Part shown: piece after piece, positions 8,969 to 18,715 of the stretch
Numbering within the stretch: position 1 is the stretch's first letter
How the letters are laid out: every line of letters begins with the position of its first letter
NCBI GenBank assembly: GCA_038046625.1
Contig: JBBSVV010000003.1
Span: 1 to 64,000 of the forward strand
Length of the DNA: 64,000 nucleotides
DNA from: an archaeon
GTDB taxonomy: Archaea > Iainarchaeota > Iainarchaeia > Iainarchaeales > Iainarchaeaceae
Direction of reading: 5' to 3'
Translations under genes and position numbers: made by a program
The notes under the pieces: generated by a model
What the model saw: only the letters and a program-made list of their open reading frames with translations
Databases searched by the model: none
What the model was told of the DNA's origin: nothing

Positions 8969-10345
8969 TTACAATGTAACTGCCTTGACTTTTCCGTTTT
9001 CCTCTATTTTTCCCTTTCTTACTCCTACAACGTATTTTGCGCCGGCTTTTTCGGCCGCGTCGAAGAGCCTCTTGGTTATTACTCCGTCAAAGATTATTGA
9101 GTGGGCGTTCTTTATTTTCGCCATTTCCTCGACAAGGTTTTTTACCTCGACTTCCTTGACTTGTTTGTTCTTGTCGTCGAGAATTCTTGCCTTCATTGTT
9201 CCCTTGAGCTCGTCAAGTATGGGCCTGTAAACCGACTCTTCGTTCTGTGAGAGCGCTGGCCTTGCGGGGAATTCCTGTATAGGTTCCCTGGGCGCAATTG
9301 TTTCGCGCGGCACGAATTCCCTTCTTTCGCGCCTGTCAGGCCTCATGCCGTTGTCGCGGTTGCCCCACCTGCTTGTTGGCCGTGGGTCCCTGTCTCCGTG
9401 ATCGCGCATCCCTCCCCCGAAGCTTCTTTGGCCGAAGCTTCTTTCCCTGAAGCCGCGTTCGCGGAACGGCCTTTCCTGGAATGTCCTTTCGCGGAATTCC
9501 CCTCCTCCGGGAAATTTCCTTTCCGAGAGCTCTTCCTCCGCGGGAACCCTTTTTTTGAGGCTCTGGAGAATTTCTTTTCTCGTGAGTTCCTCGACTTCTT
9601 TTCCATCGGGCGCTTTTGCAATGTATGCTATGCGCGCGAGCTGTGCGAGTTTCCTCGCGTTCAGGATCCCTCCTCGGTCGCCGTCAACGAATGCGGTTAT
9701 GCTTTTCTTTTTTCCGAGTTCGCTTATTGTGCTTGAGATGTTGGAGCCGTTCATTCCTATTACGTTCTTTATCTGGTTCCTCAGCATGTTCAAAACATCT
9801 GCGCGGCCTTCAACAACAATTATTTCTTCGCTTATTTCTATGTCGGGGCCCGCGGGCAGTTTGTCCGGGCCGTACTCGGTTATTTCGGCTGCGCGGACGT
9901 TTTCGCGTATCTCGTCCCTCAGGGTTTGTGTTTCGGGGCTTGATTTGTCCATCATTTTTTTGAGCAGTTCTTTTGCGCGGTCCTTTATTTCCTGCCTTTT
10001 CGAGGTTCTCGTATCATCAATGTCATCTATCTCGAACTTTGCCTGGCAGGGCCCAACCTTGTCCACGCTTTCAATGCTTGCCGCGAGCAGGCTCGTTTCC
10101 GCCATGTCCATTGAGCTCGGCACCAAAACCTCGCCCTTTGTTCTTCCCATTGCGGTTGTGTGGTTTATTTCTATGCGCCCGATTTTTCCGTTCTTCTGGA
10201 GCTCCTTCAAATCCATTTCGTCTCCCAAGAGGCCTTCGCTTTGCCCGAAAATCGCGCCAATAATATCCGGCTTGTCAACTATGCCGTCTATTTCGAATTT
10301 CATTTTTATCATGTATTTGACCGTGTTTATGTAGGTCTTCGCCAT
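8969..10345 (-). CDS. dnaG: Archaeal DnaG (TOPRIM; exosome-associated primase-like protein)
   Basis: GIVDKPDIIGAIFGQSEGLLG, IIVVEGRADV, FVDGDRGG, APDGKEVEEL; start MAKTY. Confidence 0.95.
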   Translation of the reverse strand: MAKTYINTVKYMIKMKFEIDGIVDKPDIIGAIFGQSEGLLGDEMDLKELQKNGKIGRIEINHTTAMGRTKGEVLVPSSMDMAETSLLAASIESVDKVGPCQAKFEIDDIDDTRTSKRQEIKDRAKELLKKMMDKSSPETQTLRDEIRENVRAAEITEYGPDKLPAGPDIEISEEIIVVEGRADVLNMLRNQIKNVIGMNGSNISSTISELGKKKSITAFVDGDRGGILNARKLAQLARIAYIAKAPDGKEVEELTRKEILQSLKKRVPAEEELSERKFPGGGEFRERTFQERPFRERGFRERSFGQRSFGGGMRDHGDRDPRPTSRWGNRDNGMRPDRRERREFVPRETIAPREPIQEFPARPALSQNEESVYRPILDELKGTMKARILDDKNKQVKEVEVKNLVEEMAKIKNAHSIIFDGVITKRLFDAAEKAGAKYVVGVRKGKIEENGKVKAVTL

Positions 10346-10394
10346 TTTCCAATCAACTCCTTTTCCATGGCTATTTTGTTTTTTTTCGCGAGAA

Positions 10395-10709
10395 TTAGTT
10401 TTTCGGAAGCTTTTCTCTTTTGAGGAACTTGAGAACAAGGTTTTTTTCCGCTCCTTTGAGGAGCAGTTTTTTCCTTCGGCTTTTTTCGCCGCTTTTAATT
10501 TCAACTCCGCATCCAAGCCTTTTTTTGAGCTCTTTCACGAGCCCTTTGTTGGCTTGGCCTTTGAGTGCCTTTTCCTTAACCTTGATTCTCAATGCGTTCG
10601 TCCAGGGGTTAAAGCCCAGAATTGCGAACTGTTTTGAATTCGGAATCACTTCCAATTCAATTTCAACATCATTGTTTTCTGCAACTGATTTAAGGTTCGT
10701 CAAAACCAA
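10395..10709 (-). CDS. DUF167/UPF0235 family protein
   Basis: VIPNSK..LRIKVKEKALKGQANKGLV..IKSGEKSRRK. Confidence 0.85.
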   Translation of the reverse strand: MVLTNLKSVAENNDVEIELEVIPNSKQFAILGFNPWTNALRIKVKEKALKGQANKGLVKELKKRLGCGVEIKSGEKSRRKKLLLKGAEKNLVLKFLKREKLPKN

Positions 10710-10887
10710 TTAAACCTCAAATTCCCCAAAAGGACTCGGGCTTCCAAAGCCGCCAATCCTCATAGCAAAACAATAAACTATATACATAAAGCTCGGTTAT
10801 GGGTATATTAATGTTAGGGTTCCGTTTGCCCCTTGGTGCTTTGGCACGGATTATATATTCCTCCCAGCCCCTTTTTATTGTACACAC

Positions 10888-11292
10888 ATGGCTCACTACA
10901 ACAAGGGCGCTTCGGCGGAGCGCGAGCTCATAAAGCTTCTCTGGAATCTTGGTTTCGTGGCTGCGCGGGTCGCGGGTTCCGGAAAGAACGCCTTGCCCAT
11001 GCCTGATTTAATCGCCTTGGGGAAAGGAAAGAGCTTCATTTTTGAGTGCAAGGCATGGCGCGGGAACTATTTGAACATTTCCGCGGAGCAGATGGCCGAG
11101 CTCCAAAAATGGGGCGAGGTTTCCGGTGCACAGGCTTTCATCGGCTGGAAGTACCCGAACAAGGGCTGGTTTTTCGTGAAGCCGGAGCACTTCAGGAAGA
11201 GCAAGCATTACAACATTTCGATTGCGACAACAATGAAGGTCGGCATTCCATTGGAAGTTGTTGTGGGCGAGCAGCGGCAATTAAAGGTTTAA
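10888..11292 (+). CDS. hjc: Holliday junction resolvase Hjc
   Basis: KGASAEREL..GFVAARVAGSG..PDLIA..FECK. Confidence 0.95.
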   Translation: MAHYNKGASAERELIKLLWNLGFVAARVAGSGKNALPMPDLIALGKGKSFIFECKAWRGNYLNISAEQMAELQKWGEVSGAQAFIGWKYPNKGWFFVKPEHFRKSKHYNISIATTMKVGIPLEVVVGEQRQLKV

Positions 11293-11317
11293 AAAGCCGT
11301 CATTGCTTATTTCTTTT

Positions 11318-11443
11318 ATGATTGAGCTTGCCCTGGTTTTGCAGGAGCTTGAGAAGCTTTATGCGAAGGAGAAGAGCCTGCGCAAAAAGAATTTCCTTGA
11401 AAGCGCGATAACGAACATTAAGGAGTATGAGAAACTTCTCTGA
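11318..11443 (+). CDS. Small hypothetical helical protein (41 aa)
   Basis: MIELALVLQELEKLYAKEKSLRKKEFLESAITNIKEYEKLL*, fills intergenic gap. Confidence 0.5.
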   Translation: MIELALVLQELEKLYAKEKSLRKKNFLESAITNIKEYEKLL

Positions 11444-11462
11444 TTTTTAGGAATTTCCGCGC

Positions 11463-12116
11463 TTAAATCACGGTTGCCACGAACAACATCGTCACTGAAA
11501 TCAGCCCCATGATGACCATGAGTATGAGGTTGTCTATTGTGAGTGCCTTGTCGAAGTTCTGGTAAAAGAAGTATAGTACTCCCAGGCCGAACACCAGTCC
11601 AAGTATCCACATTGCGTTGCTGATGAGCCCGTTTCTTCCGCCGACTCCTTTCATGTGTGCCTCGTCCATGTCCACCTGCACCTGCCTTACTGCCTCGCCG
11701 AGCTCGTTCAGTTTCACCTTCACCCGTTCGTTGAGGTCATTCACTTTCGCTATGTTGTCGCCGATTTGTTCCTGAAAGGTTTTGCTTTGCCCCGTAATGT
11801 CCCGCTCGTATTGCTTCAAATCGCTTATCACTGCCTTTGTGAGTTCTGTTCTGGATTCATGTGCGCTTGTTACGGCTTCCTCCTCAATGAATTTTTTGAG
11901 CGTGGGTTTTTGCGTTTCCAATTCGGCCTGCACGATTTTTTTTATTTCGCCGCGCAGCAATGCAAAAGTGTCCGCCTGTCCGAGAAGCAAAAGCCTTTTT
12001 GCCTTGTCCTGTGAAACCCCGAGGTCTTTCAGGGTTTGCACTATTTTTTCTTCGCTTTCGCCTTCGCGAACCATTTTCTCTATTATCTCTATTATGCTTG
12101 TGTCCGTTTTCGCCAT
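11463..12116 (-). CDS. Hypothetical coiled-coil protein with two C-terminal TM helices
   Basis: Start MAKTDT after gaggtg SD; helical body and hydrophobic end. Confidence 0.75.
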   Translation of the reverse strand: MAKTDTSIIEIIEKMVREGESEEKIVQTLKDLGVSQDKAKRLLLLGQADTFALLRGEIKKIVQAELETQKPTLKKFIEEEAVTSAHESRTELTKAVISDLKQYERDITGQSKTFQEQIGDNIAKVNDLNERVKVKLNELGEAVRQVQVDMDEAHMKGVGGRNGLISNAMWILGLVFGLGVLYFFYQNFDKALTIDNLILMVIMGLISVTMLFVATVI

Positions 12117-12136
12117 TTTTACTGCACCTCGCCGTT

Positions 12137-12200
12137 TTCGACCGGCGGTACCGATTGCCCCGCCTTCGGCGGGACTTGGCTCGCTTTGCTCGCAATATAG
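12137..12200 (+). repeat. Degenerate repeat family A copy (intergenic)
   Basis: accggcggta and tcgctttgctcg match the 23719 copy. Confidence 0.45.
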
Positions 12201-12207
12201 TTGCTCA

Positions 12208-12870
12208 TCATTGCACCGTAACCGTTTGCTGGAACTGGTCCACATTATTTTCCGTGTTTAGGTTAAAATAGATTGTGGTGCCGCCTTTTTGTATCGGTAT
12301 GAGCGAGTAGTCTATCTGCTTGCATTCAACAGCCTTGAGCGTTATCGTGTCTGTTTTGTTCGGCTCGGAAAAGAATCCTTTTTCGTGGTTTTCCGCTATT
12401 TTCACCTGCTTTTCCGTTGCGGTGTTGTTGCATGCTTCCACGCTGAACGCAAAGCTCTTGCCGAAGAGTATGTCGCTTGGAAAGCTCATTGTCAGGGTTA
12501 TTTCCTGCTTTGCCCTTAGTACAACGAGCTTTTCGATTGTCGAGTGGAAAGGGCTCTGCACAATTATTGTTGCCTGGTTCGCGCTTATAGAGCCGGTGTA
12601 AATGCGTTGCTCCTCGTTGGGCGCAAGTGAAGCAAACATGTTCAGGTCTTTCGGTTCGCCTTCTTCCTCGCGGTATTTCACGGTTACGTTGTTGATTTGC
12701 CTGTCGGTGGTGTTTTTCAGGTAAATTTCCTTTTGGCCGTTTTCCTCGTTGAATTTTTCCTCGATTGCGAGGCCAGTGTTGAACAAAAAAAGGTATATGA
12801 GCATTATTCCGAATAATGCGTAAACCGCCAGGAAGAAGAATTTCGCTTTTTTCGCTTTTTCCGGCATCAT
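12208..12870 (-). CDS. Hypothetical membrane-anchored beta-rich protein
   Basis: N-terminal TM then beta-strand pattern; start uncertain. Confidence 0.7.
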   Translation of the reverse strand: MMPEKAKKAKFFFLAVYALFGIMLIYLFLFNTGLAIEEKFNEENGQKEIYLKNTTDRQINNVTVKYREEEGEPKDLNMFASLAPNEEQRIYTGSISANQATIIVQSPFHSTIEKLVVLRAKQEITLTMSFPSDILFGKSFAFSVEACNNTATEKQVKIAENHEKGFFSEPNKTDTITLKAVECKQIDYSLIPIQKGGTTIYFNLNTENNVDQFQQTVTVQ

Positions 12871-12925
12871 TGTTTTGCATCCCTCATTTTTGCGTTTCCG
12901 TTCCATAACTTGTTTTTTGTTTATT

Positions 12926-13678
12926 TTAAGTGTTTTGTTTTCTTCTCAAGATTCCGCGCTGGAAATCCGTTATGAGTATCATTGCTGCCGCGTTCGTGTC
13001 GGGTGCGCCGTGCTTGCGGAGCTTTTTGCGTGCGAACGCGATTTTTTCGAGCAGCTCTTCCCCGTCTTTTGCGGTTACCCCGTAGGTGTCGAGTATTTCC
13101 TCTTTTTTTGTTTCAAGCAGCACATCCGCGACATCTATGCCTGTTTCCTCGAGGTTCTTGAGCTGCTGCGCGTTTTTTGCGCAGAGCAGCGCAATGAGCG
13201 TTTCATCGTGCTCGTTGAACGGTATTACTCCCGGAGAGTCAATGAGCATTGTTTGTTTGTTGATTCTCACAAATTGTACGCCTCTTGTGAATCCGGCTGT
13301 GGGCGAGGTTCTCGCGCTTTTCCTTCCTGAGAGTGCGTTGATGATGCTGCTTTTTCCCGTGTTGGGATAACCAACTACGGCTATCTTGGTTTCGCCGGAA
13401 CCGCTGAGTTTTCCAAGGGCTTCCTTGAGCCTCATTATGCCTTTCCTGTTTTTTGCGGAAACAAAAATGCTTCCCGGGAGCATGCTTTTTTCCTTTTTCA
13501 TTGTGTTCAGGCTTGTGAGATCAGATTTGTTTATTACGCGGAGCAGCTTTTTTCCCTTTTCTTCAACGAGCCTTTCAAGGTGGATGTTGATGCTTTTCTG
13601 GGGGAAGCGCGCATCCAGGACCTCAATTATAATGTCCGCTTCCTTGACAAGATTTTTCACGATTTCAGAGTAGTTCAT
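12926..13678 (-). CDS. Circularly permuted GTPase, YlqF/RbgA family
   Basis: EVLDARFP, NKSDL, GYPNTGKSSIIN, GFTRG, DSPG order. Confidence 0.92.
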   Translation of the reverse strand: MNYSEIVKNLVKEADIIIEVLDARFPQKSINIHLERLVEEKGKKLLRVINKSDLTSLNTMKKEKSMLPGSIFVSAKNRKGIMRLKEALGKLSGSGETKIAVVGYPNTGKSSIINALSGRKSARTSPTAGFTRGVQFVRINKQTMLIDSPGVIPFNEHDETLIALLCAKNAQQLKNLEETGIDVADVLLETKKEEILDTYGVTAKDGEELLEKIAFARKKLRKHGAPDTNAAAMILITDFQRGILRRKQNT

Positions 13679-13760
13679 CCGCAGGTCACTACAACAAGAA
13701 ATTTTGTCCGGTACTGGGCAAGGTCGAATGCATTGTGCTCGCTCCGCCCGCATTTTGAGT

Positions 13761-13991
13761 TCATTTAATTGCCCCCTTGATTATGTGTGCCGCGGCATTG
13801 AATAAGTATATGCCGCCGAGGATTATTATTGCGAACACAGCAACCACGCCTATTGGGTTTGCTTCGGAAAACAACCCGTTTTTGAGGAATGAGTTCTGCA
13901 TCACGCCGTACAGCGCGAGGAGAATCATGCTTCCGAGAAGTGCGAGCAGCGCTATTGAAACCAAACTTATCTTTTTTGCCTGTTCAAGCAT
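13761..13991 (-). CDS. Small membrane protein
   Basis: Two TM helices, operon-like spacing. Confidence 0.65.
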   Translation of the reverse strand: MLEQAKKISLVSIALLALLGSMILLALYGVMQNSFLKNGLFSEANPIGVVAVFAIIILGGIYLFNAAAHIIKGAIK

Positions 13992-13996
13992 GTTCT

Positions 13997-14347
13997 CTAA
14001 AGCAATTTCAGGTCTTTCGTGAATTTATTGATTTCTGCTTCGGGAACAGGCCCTATTGCTATCGCGGTCGGCTCGCCAGCCTCGATTTGTGTCCTTCCAG
14101 CGTCCTTAATCAGTGCCGTGGGGAAGAGCTTTTTGAGTTTCTCGAACATTTCCAATAATTCCTTTTTGGAGTTGACTTTGAGCACAATTTTTGCCTGCCC
14201 GCTTTCCTTCCATTCCTCGACCCACTTTGGTTTTTCGCGCATGGTTTTTTCGTATGCCCCGAGCGAAGCATGTGAGCTCTGTGCGGCAATCTTCCCTGCG
14301 GACATGTTCAGGTCCTTTCGCACGATTATTACCTGCTTATAGTCCAT
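13997..14347 (-). CDS. pth2: Peptidyl-tRNA hydrolase 2
   Basis: KQVIIVRKDLNMSAGKIAAQSSHA..GQAKIVLKV..DAGRTQI..IGP. Confidence 0.96.
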   Translation of the reverse strand: MDYKQVIIVRKDLNMSAGKIAAQSSHASLGAYEKTMREKPKWVEEWKESGQAKIVLKVNSKKELLEMFEKLKKLFPTALIKDAGRTQIEAGEPTAIAIGPVPEAEINKFTKDLKLL

Positions 14348-14425
14348 TCAGAATTCAACGCAAACAAAGAATATATACGTTAGCGTTGAAGGTATTGGAA
14401 AATAGGGTTGTGCTAGTTTTTTTGC

Positions 14426-14782
14426 CTATTGTGCAGAAATTATTTGGTTTATTGTGGTTATGAGTGATTCTAGTTTTGCTTTTTTTATTTTGCCTATTTT
14501 CTTTACGACAAGGGTCTTTTCTATTTTCAGGATGTTTTCGGCTTTTATGCAGCATTTGGAGTATAACTTCCCTTCTTCCAAGTCGGCGTTTAAAAGGCTT
14601 AGCGTATATTTTCCCCTGGAAATGTTTGATGTGATGCCTGCAACAAGGATGTCCTCTGAATGCCCGTTAAAATCCTCGTTGCTTATAACCGTGACCGGCC
14701 TCACCTTGTTTCCGGACTGGTTCGAGAACGGAAACGGCACAAGCAGTAAGTCCCTCTGCATTATCAAAGGTACCGGCTCCAT
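14426..14782 (-). CDS. PemK/MazF family toxin
   Basis: LLLVPFPFS..KVRPVTVISN..VAGITS. Confidence 0.9.
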   Translation of the reverse strand: MEPVPLIMQRDLLLVPFPFSNQSGNKVRPVTVISNEDFNGHSEDILVAGITSNISRGKYTLSLLNADLEEGKLYSKCCIKAENILKIEKTLVVKKIGKIKKAKLESLITTINQIISAQ

Positions 14783-14991
14783 TCTTTATTGTCCTTTTTG
14801 TTATTCCAGATTTTTTCCATGGATTTCTCCGCCATTACCATCCATCCGATTTTTTCCATGCGGTTTCTCTCGAGCTTCTCCATTATCAGGTTCCTGATGA
14901 ATTCTGACTTGGACAGGTAATTCTTTTTTTTGATGAAATCCTCGAGTTCTGAGGCTTCATCTTCATGAAGTTTCACAGTTATAGTTTTCAT
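14764..14991 (-). CDS. Ribbon-helix-helix antitoxin
   Basis: MKTITVKL..YLSKSEFIRNLI; overlaps toxin. Confidence 0.85.
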   Translation of the reverse strand: MKTITVKLHEDEASELEDFIKKKNYLSKSEFIRNLIMEKLERNRMEKIGWMVMAEKSMEKIWNNKKDNKEWSRYL

Positions 14992-15033
14992 AGTAATCTT
15001 TGGGGATTACTTATTTAAATAGCTTTCTAAACT

Positions 15034-15111
15034 CTATTGCTGGTGCGGCGCGATTTTTCCCTTGCCCATTCCGAGGTCGGTGCGCACAATGATTACTTGC
15101 TTGTAGTCCAT
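15034..15111 (-). pseudogene. pth2: Orphan 5' fragment of pth2
   Basis: MDYKQVIIVRTDLGMGKGKIAPHQQ*; 17 of first 21 aa identical to intact Pth2. Confidence 0.9.
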
Positions 15112-15165
15112 GCAAAAGAATTGCCTGAATGTGAATTTAAGGTTTTGCAGAGCGTAAGCTTCGGA

Positions 15166-15876
15166 TTATTCCAGTTTCCAGTAAATCCTTCTGTTCTCCG
15201 CGCCTTTGTTCTTGAATCCCGTGATTTTGAGTTTCCCGATTTCTTTTGTGTTGTGCACGTGCGTTCCGCCGTCCGCCTGCACGTCAAGAGTTCCTATTGA
15301 AACTATTCTCAGGGTTGGAATGTTTTTCGGCAGAACGTCCTTGAGCCTGAATAATTCAGGGCGCTGCAGCGCCTTTTCGCGTTCCTCATACGCAAGGGTA
15401 ATTTCAAGGCTTTTCTGTATCGCTTCATTCGCTTTGTGCTCGAACGTTTTCAATAATTCGCGGTCGAATTCAGGCACGTTGAAATCCATTCTTGATTCTT
15501 CTTCGCCGAGCTGGTTTCCCGTGATGAGTGCGCCGATTTCCCTGTTGATTACAGCCGCCAAAATGTGCGCGGAAGTGTGCATGCGCATGTACCTATATCT
15601 TTTCTCCCAATCAAGGATGCATTTCACTTTGTCGCCTTCTTTCAATCCGTGCTCCGAAACCTCATGGGAAATTTCTTCGGGGAACTGCTTCGCAAAAACC
15701 ATTTCGTATTCCTTTGCGTTGCTGAAGGTTATTTTTCCGGTATCCGAGGGCTGTCCCCCGCCCTGCGGATAGAAAATTGTTTTGTCTAGAACAACGAATT
15801 TTCCGTCGGTTACTTTGAGCACGGTTGCATCGCATTCTTTCGAGTAGGAATCGTCGAGGTAAATTTTTTGCGTCAT
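15166..15876 (-). CDS. alaXM: AlaX-M alanyl-tRNA editing protein
   Basis: TIFYPQGGGQPSDTG, MRMHTSAH, DGGTHV. Confidence 0.93.
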   Translation of the reverse strand: MTQKIYLDDSYSKECDATVLKVTDGKFVVLDKTIFYPQGGGQPSDTGKITFSNAKEYEMVFAKQFPEEISHEVSEHGLKEGDKVKCILDWEKRYRYMRMHTSAHILAAVINREIGALITGNQLGEEESRMDFNVPEFDRELLKTFEHKANEAIQKSLEITLAYEEREKALQRPELFRLKDVLPKNIPTLRIVSIGTLDVQADGGTHVHNTKEIGKLKITGFKNKGAENRRIYWKLE

Positions 15877-16319
15877 TTTTTTCTCCTGCGTGTTATTAGT
15901 TTAGGTGCTGGCGGTGTGGGCCCAGGCTTTGTTGGAGGCTTTGGGATTTCCTTTTTCAAATGATTTGTTGTTCTGAGGTACATTTGCCTGAGTGCGGGAT
16001 TATATCCCCATTTGTTGATTATTAGCAAAAACTTGTTTGCTATTAGTGGTTTGAGAACTTCCCGGGTTTGGTGAGTCAAGTGCCCGTTTTCATGCAATTC
16101 CATGATTTTGCCCAGGTAGGCAAATTCGAGGCTTCGTTCCTGGCGTTCGCGGTCTGCTTCTTCTGATTCTTTGATTTTGTCGCGGAGTTCAGAGTATTTG
16201 CCGATAAGTCCCGTGAAATTCGGCACCATGCCATAATCTGTGCCATTGACTATTTGTGGTTTAACTACAGGCGTTCTTCTAAGCTCCCTGATTTTCCTGA
16301 GGAACTCTGCCCTGTCCAT
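15873..16319 (-). CDS. Hypothetical basic protein
   Basis: 148-aa ORF coupled to alaX start; no motif recognised. Confidence 0.6.
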   Translation of the reverse strand: MDRAEFLRKIRELRRTPVVKPQIVNGTDYGMVPNFTGLIGKYSELRDKIKESEEADRERQERSLEFAYLGKIMELHENGHLTHQTREVLKPLIANKFLLIINKWGYNPALRQMYLRTTNHLKKEIPKPPTKPGPTPPAPKLITRRRKK

Positions 16320-16361
16320 AAGAATCAGTCGTGGCGGAAAATCAGTTTAAATGAAATGCCT

Positions 16362-16892
16362 TCACTCTTCGCTTCCGTTTGTTTGTATTTCTATTTCCCG
16401 GGCTTCCTCTTTTGCTTCGCGGGGCTCCGGCGCGGCTATCCCTTTATAGGTGATTATTTTGGTTACTCCCCTTTCACCCCAGAGGTAGGCTATGCTTTGC
16501 TCTTCGCCCCTGGAAAGGGACAGTGTTTTTCCTTTTGCCTGGTCGTTCCCCTCTTTAAGTGTGAATAGCCTGCTGTACTCGAGCTTTGCGTTGTCCCCGG
16601 CAATGCTCAGGACCTTGAAAACGTGCTCGTGGTTCCCGTTTCCCATTACCTGGTCGAATTCCTCTTCGTTGTCCGCGGTGTAGGAAATTGTCTCTATTTT
16701 CTTTTTGAACGGGGGCCGCCAGTCCGATTCAATGGTTTTTACCTGAAAAACAGCTTTCATGCTATTTACTAAGTTCTTCATCGTATAAAAAACTTTTGCT
16801 GTTTTCGCACCGGCACGCCGGAAACCGCCGGCGGTACGGTGTACTATCTTCGCCTTTGGGCTCGATAGTCCATGCTCCGCACCGGCAACCAC
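16362..16892 (-). CDS. Hypothetical protein; start uncertain, 5' region contains repeat A
   Basis: Open frame; alternative start MKNLV downstream of the repeat. Confidence 0.65.
   Translation of the reverse strand: MVAGAEHGLSSPKAKIVHRTAGGFRRAGAKTAKVFYTMKNLVNSMKAVFQVKTIESDWRPPFKKKIETISYTADNEEEFDQVMGNGNHEHVFKVLSIAGDNAKLEYSRLFTLKEGNDQAKGKTLSLSRGEEQSIAYLWGERGVTKIITYKGIAAPEPREAKEEAREIEIQTNGSEE
16816..16869 (+). repeat. Repeat family A copy
   Basis: cgccggaaaccgccggcggta-cggtgt-actatcttcgcctttgggctcgatagt. Confidence 0.88.
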
Positions 16893-16933
16893 CCCCTATA
16901 TGGTTTTAAAAGCCTCGAAGATTTGCTTCTTTT

Positions 16934-18025
16934 ATGGGCATAACTTCCGTGATTGACGGCGCGGTTCAGGCAATCCATGATACTGAGAAGCGCAAGGCCC
17001 TTGTTTCTGAAAAGCTCCTGCCCCTCAAAAAAGATTCGGTTTCTTTCGAGTCGCATGAAATACCAGAGAAGCGCCTCTCGTTTCCCGTTTCCAGGTGGGT
17101 TCCGAATGGTTTGGTCGGGGGCGTTGACTCTGGCTTTGTTGCGAAGAGGCTTGCTTCGGTTGACCTGGTTTTGATCCGCGCAATGGGCGTGGTTTTCAGT
17201 TACGAGAACGGAATTGTGAAAAAAACCGATTATTTTCCAGGTTATTTCAGGTTTCCAGAGCCTCACTTGAGCAATAATGCTTTGGAGGAGGATGAGGCCG
17301 AACAGTCAAAGTCACTGATGCGGCTTTATGAGGAAGTGAATGCCACAAAAACAATTATCAAGGAGCACAAGCCGAAGTACTGCTTCATCGACGGCTCGAT
17401 TGTGCCGCAGTACCAGGACAAGCCGCGCAAGGAATCAAAGTTAACAAAAAATTATGTTGACATAATCAAGGAGTTCGAGTCACTGTATGGGCTCGCGGAG
17501 GAAAATAACTGCACTTTGATTGCGACCGTCGAGGATTCGCGTGGCTCGAGGTTTCGCGGAATTATCCAGGATGTTGTTCTCGCGAAAGAGCCTCTTGTTG
17601 AAAAGCGCCAATTGGACGGATTGTTTGATTCCTCTTTGCTGGATTATTTTTTGTCAGTCGGCGAACGCACTTGTGCTTTCACTTACACGCAGAACATAAA
17701 GCAGCATCCCGTGCTTCACGATTTTTCCGAGTCCTGGAGCCACAGGATTTATTGCCTTTACATCAAGCCCACCCCGTTCGACAAGCCTTTGCGCGTTGAA
17801 TTCATTTCGAAGGGCGATTTGAAGAAGGAGGCCGATGAGGTTGCTTCGGTTGCGTTTGCCCTGAGTTCTTTGCATCGCGAGTATGCGTATCCTTCTGTCC
17901 TGATTGAGGCGGACTTCCACGCGAAACTGAAGCAGGATGAGATTGAGATTGTTTACAACAAGATAATGGACAAGCTCGGTGCTTCCGTGAAATTGAAGAT
18001 GAGGCGCGACAACAGGCCGTTCTGA
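16934..18025 (+). CDS. nurA: DNA double-strand break repair nuclease NurA
   Basis: GGVDSG, FIDGSI, YAYPSVLIEADFHAK; upstream of herA. Confidence 0.9.
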   Translation: MGITSVIDGAVQAIHDTEKRKALVSEKLLPLKKDSVSFESHEIPEKRLSFPVSRWVPNGLVGGVDSGFVAKRLASVDLVLIRAMGVVFSYENGIVKKTDYFPGYFRFPEPHLSNNALEEDEAEQSKSLMRLYEEVNATKTIIKEHKPKYCFIDGSIVPQYQDKPRKESKLTKNYVDIIKEFESLYGLAEENNCTLIATVEDSRGSRFRGIIQDVVLAKEPLVEKRQLDGLFDSSLLDYFLSVGERTCAFTYTQNIKQHPVLHDFSESWSHRIYCLYIKPTPFDKPLRVEFISKGDLKKEADEVASVAFALSSLHREYAYPSVLIEADFHAKLKQDEIEIVYNKIMDKLGASVKLKMRRDNRPF

Positions 18026-18073
18026 GGTAAGAAATATATAGTAAAAAGTAAGAAATGTGTATGGTGATGTAAG

Positions 18074-18328
18074 ATGGCAAAGACAGTGCTTTCATCGAAG
18101 GGGCAGCTTATTCTTCCTGCGGAATTCAGGGAAAGACGCAAAGTGCTGCCTGGAACTGAGTTTTCGGTTCAGGAACTGCCGGGCGGCGGGTACATGTTTA
18201 TTCCCATTCCAAAGGACCCTATAAAGGCCCTCAGGGGAATTGCAAAACACTTGGATATTTCTTCAAGCGATATAAAAAAGATGAGGCGGGAAGATGATAG
18301 GCGAAGAGAGAAAAAGCTTGGTTTTTGA
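18074..18328 (+). CDS. AbrB/SpoVT-family antitoxin
   Basis: LSSKGQLILPAEFRER..PGT. Confidence 0.9.
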   Translation: MAKTVLSSKGQLILPAEFRERRKVLPGTEFSVQELPGGGYMFIPIPKDPIKALRGIAKHLDISSSDIKKMRREDDRRREKKLGF

Positions 18329-18692
18329 CACATCGGCCATGATAAAGTATGCCAAGGATGAAGAGGGTAGCGCCAAGGTAGGCGAGTTATTCAAAAAGCA
18401 TGAGTGCATTGCCAGTTCCATAAGCGCGTTTGAGATAGTCCATAAGATGGGGAGGGAAGACATAAGGGCTGCACTCTTATCAATCGCCTTTTTCGAGGAA
18501 TTCTTCATTTTCATCTCTCCTGATTATGGGTTGGCAAAGAGGGCGGCTATTCTAAAATTGAAATATCCTCAGGCAAACCTTTCAATGGCGGACGCGATAA
18601 TAATTCAAACCGCAGCAGAAAGAAATGCCCGCATTGTCACGTGCGACAAAGAATGGAGAGTTGTAAAAGAGGCAGAAATAGAAATAATCTGA
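18294..18692 (+). CDS. PIN-domain (VapC-like) toxin
   Basis: VFDTSA..FEI..LSMADAIIIQTA..IVTCD. Confidence 0.9.
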   Translation: MIGEERKSLVFDTSAMIKYAKDEEGSAKVGELFKKHECIASSISAFEIVHKMGREDIRAALLSIAFFEEFFIFISPDYGLAKRAAILKLKYPQANLSMADAIIIQTAAERNARIVTCDKEWRVVKEAEIEII

Positions 18693-18715
18693 CTTGGTTT
18701 TTTTGGTGTGTTGAA

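Noticed and set aside
9330..9500. Repeated FRER/ERxF motifs in DnaG
   Set aside because: Ordinary low-complexity linker, no DNA-level array.
10346..10516. 57-aa N-terminal extension of DnaG in the ORF track
   Set aside because: Overlaps the DUF167 gene; homology begins at MAKTY.
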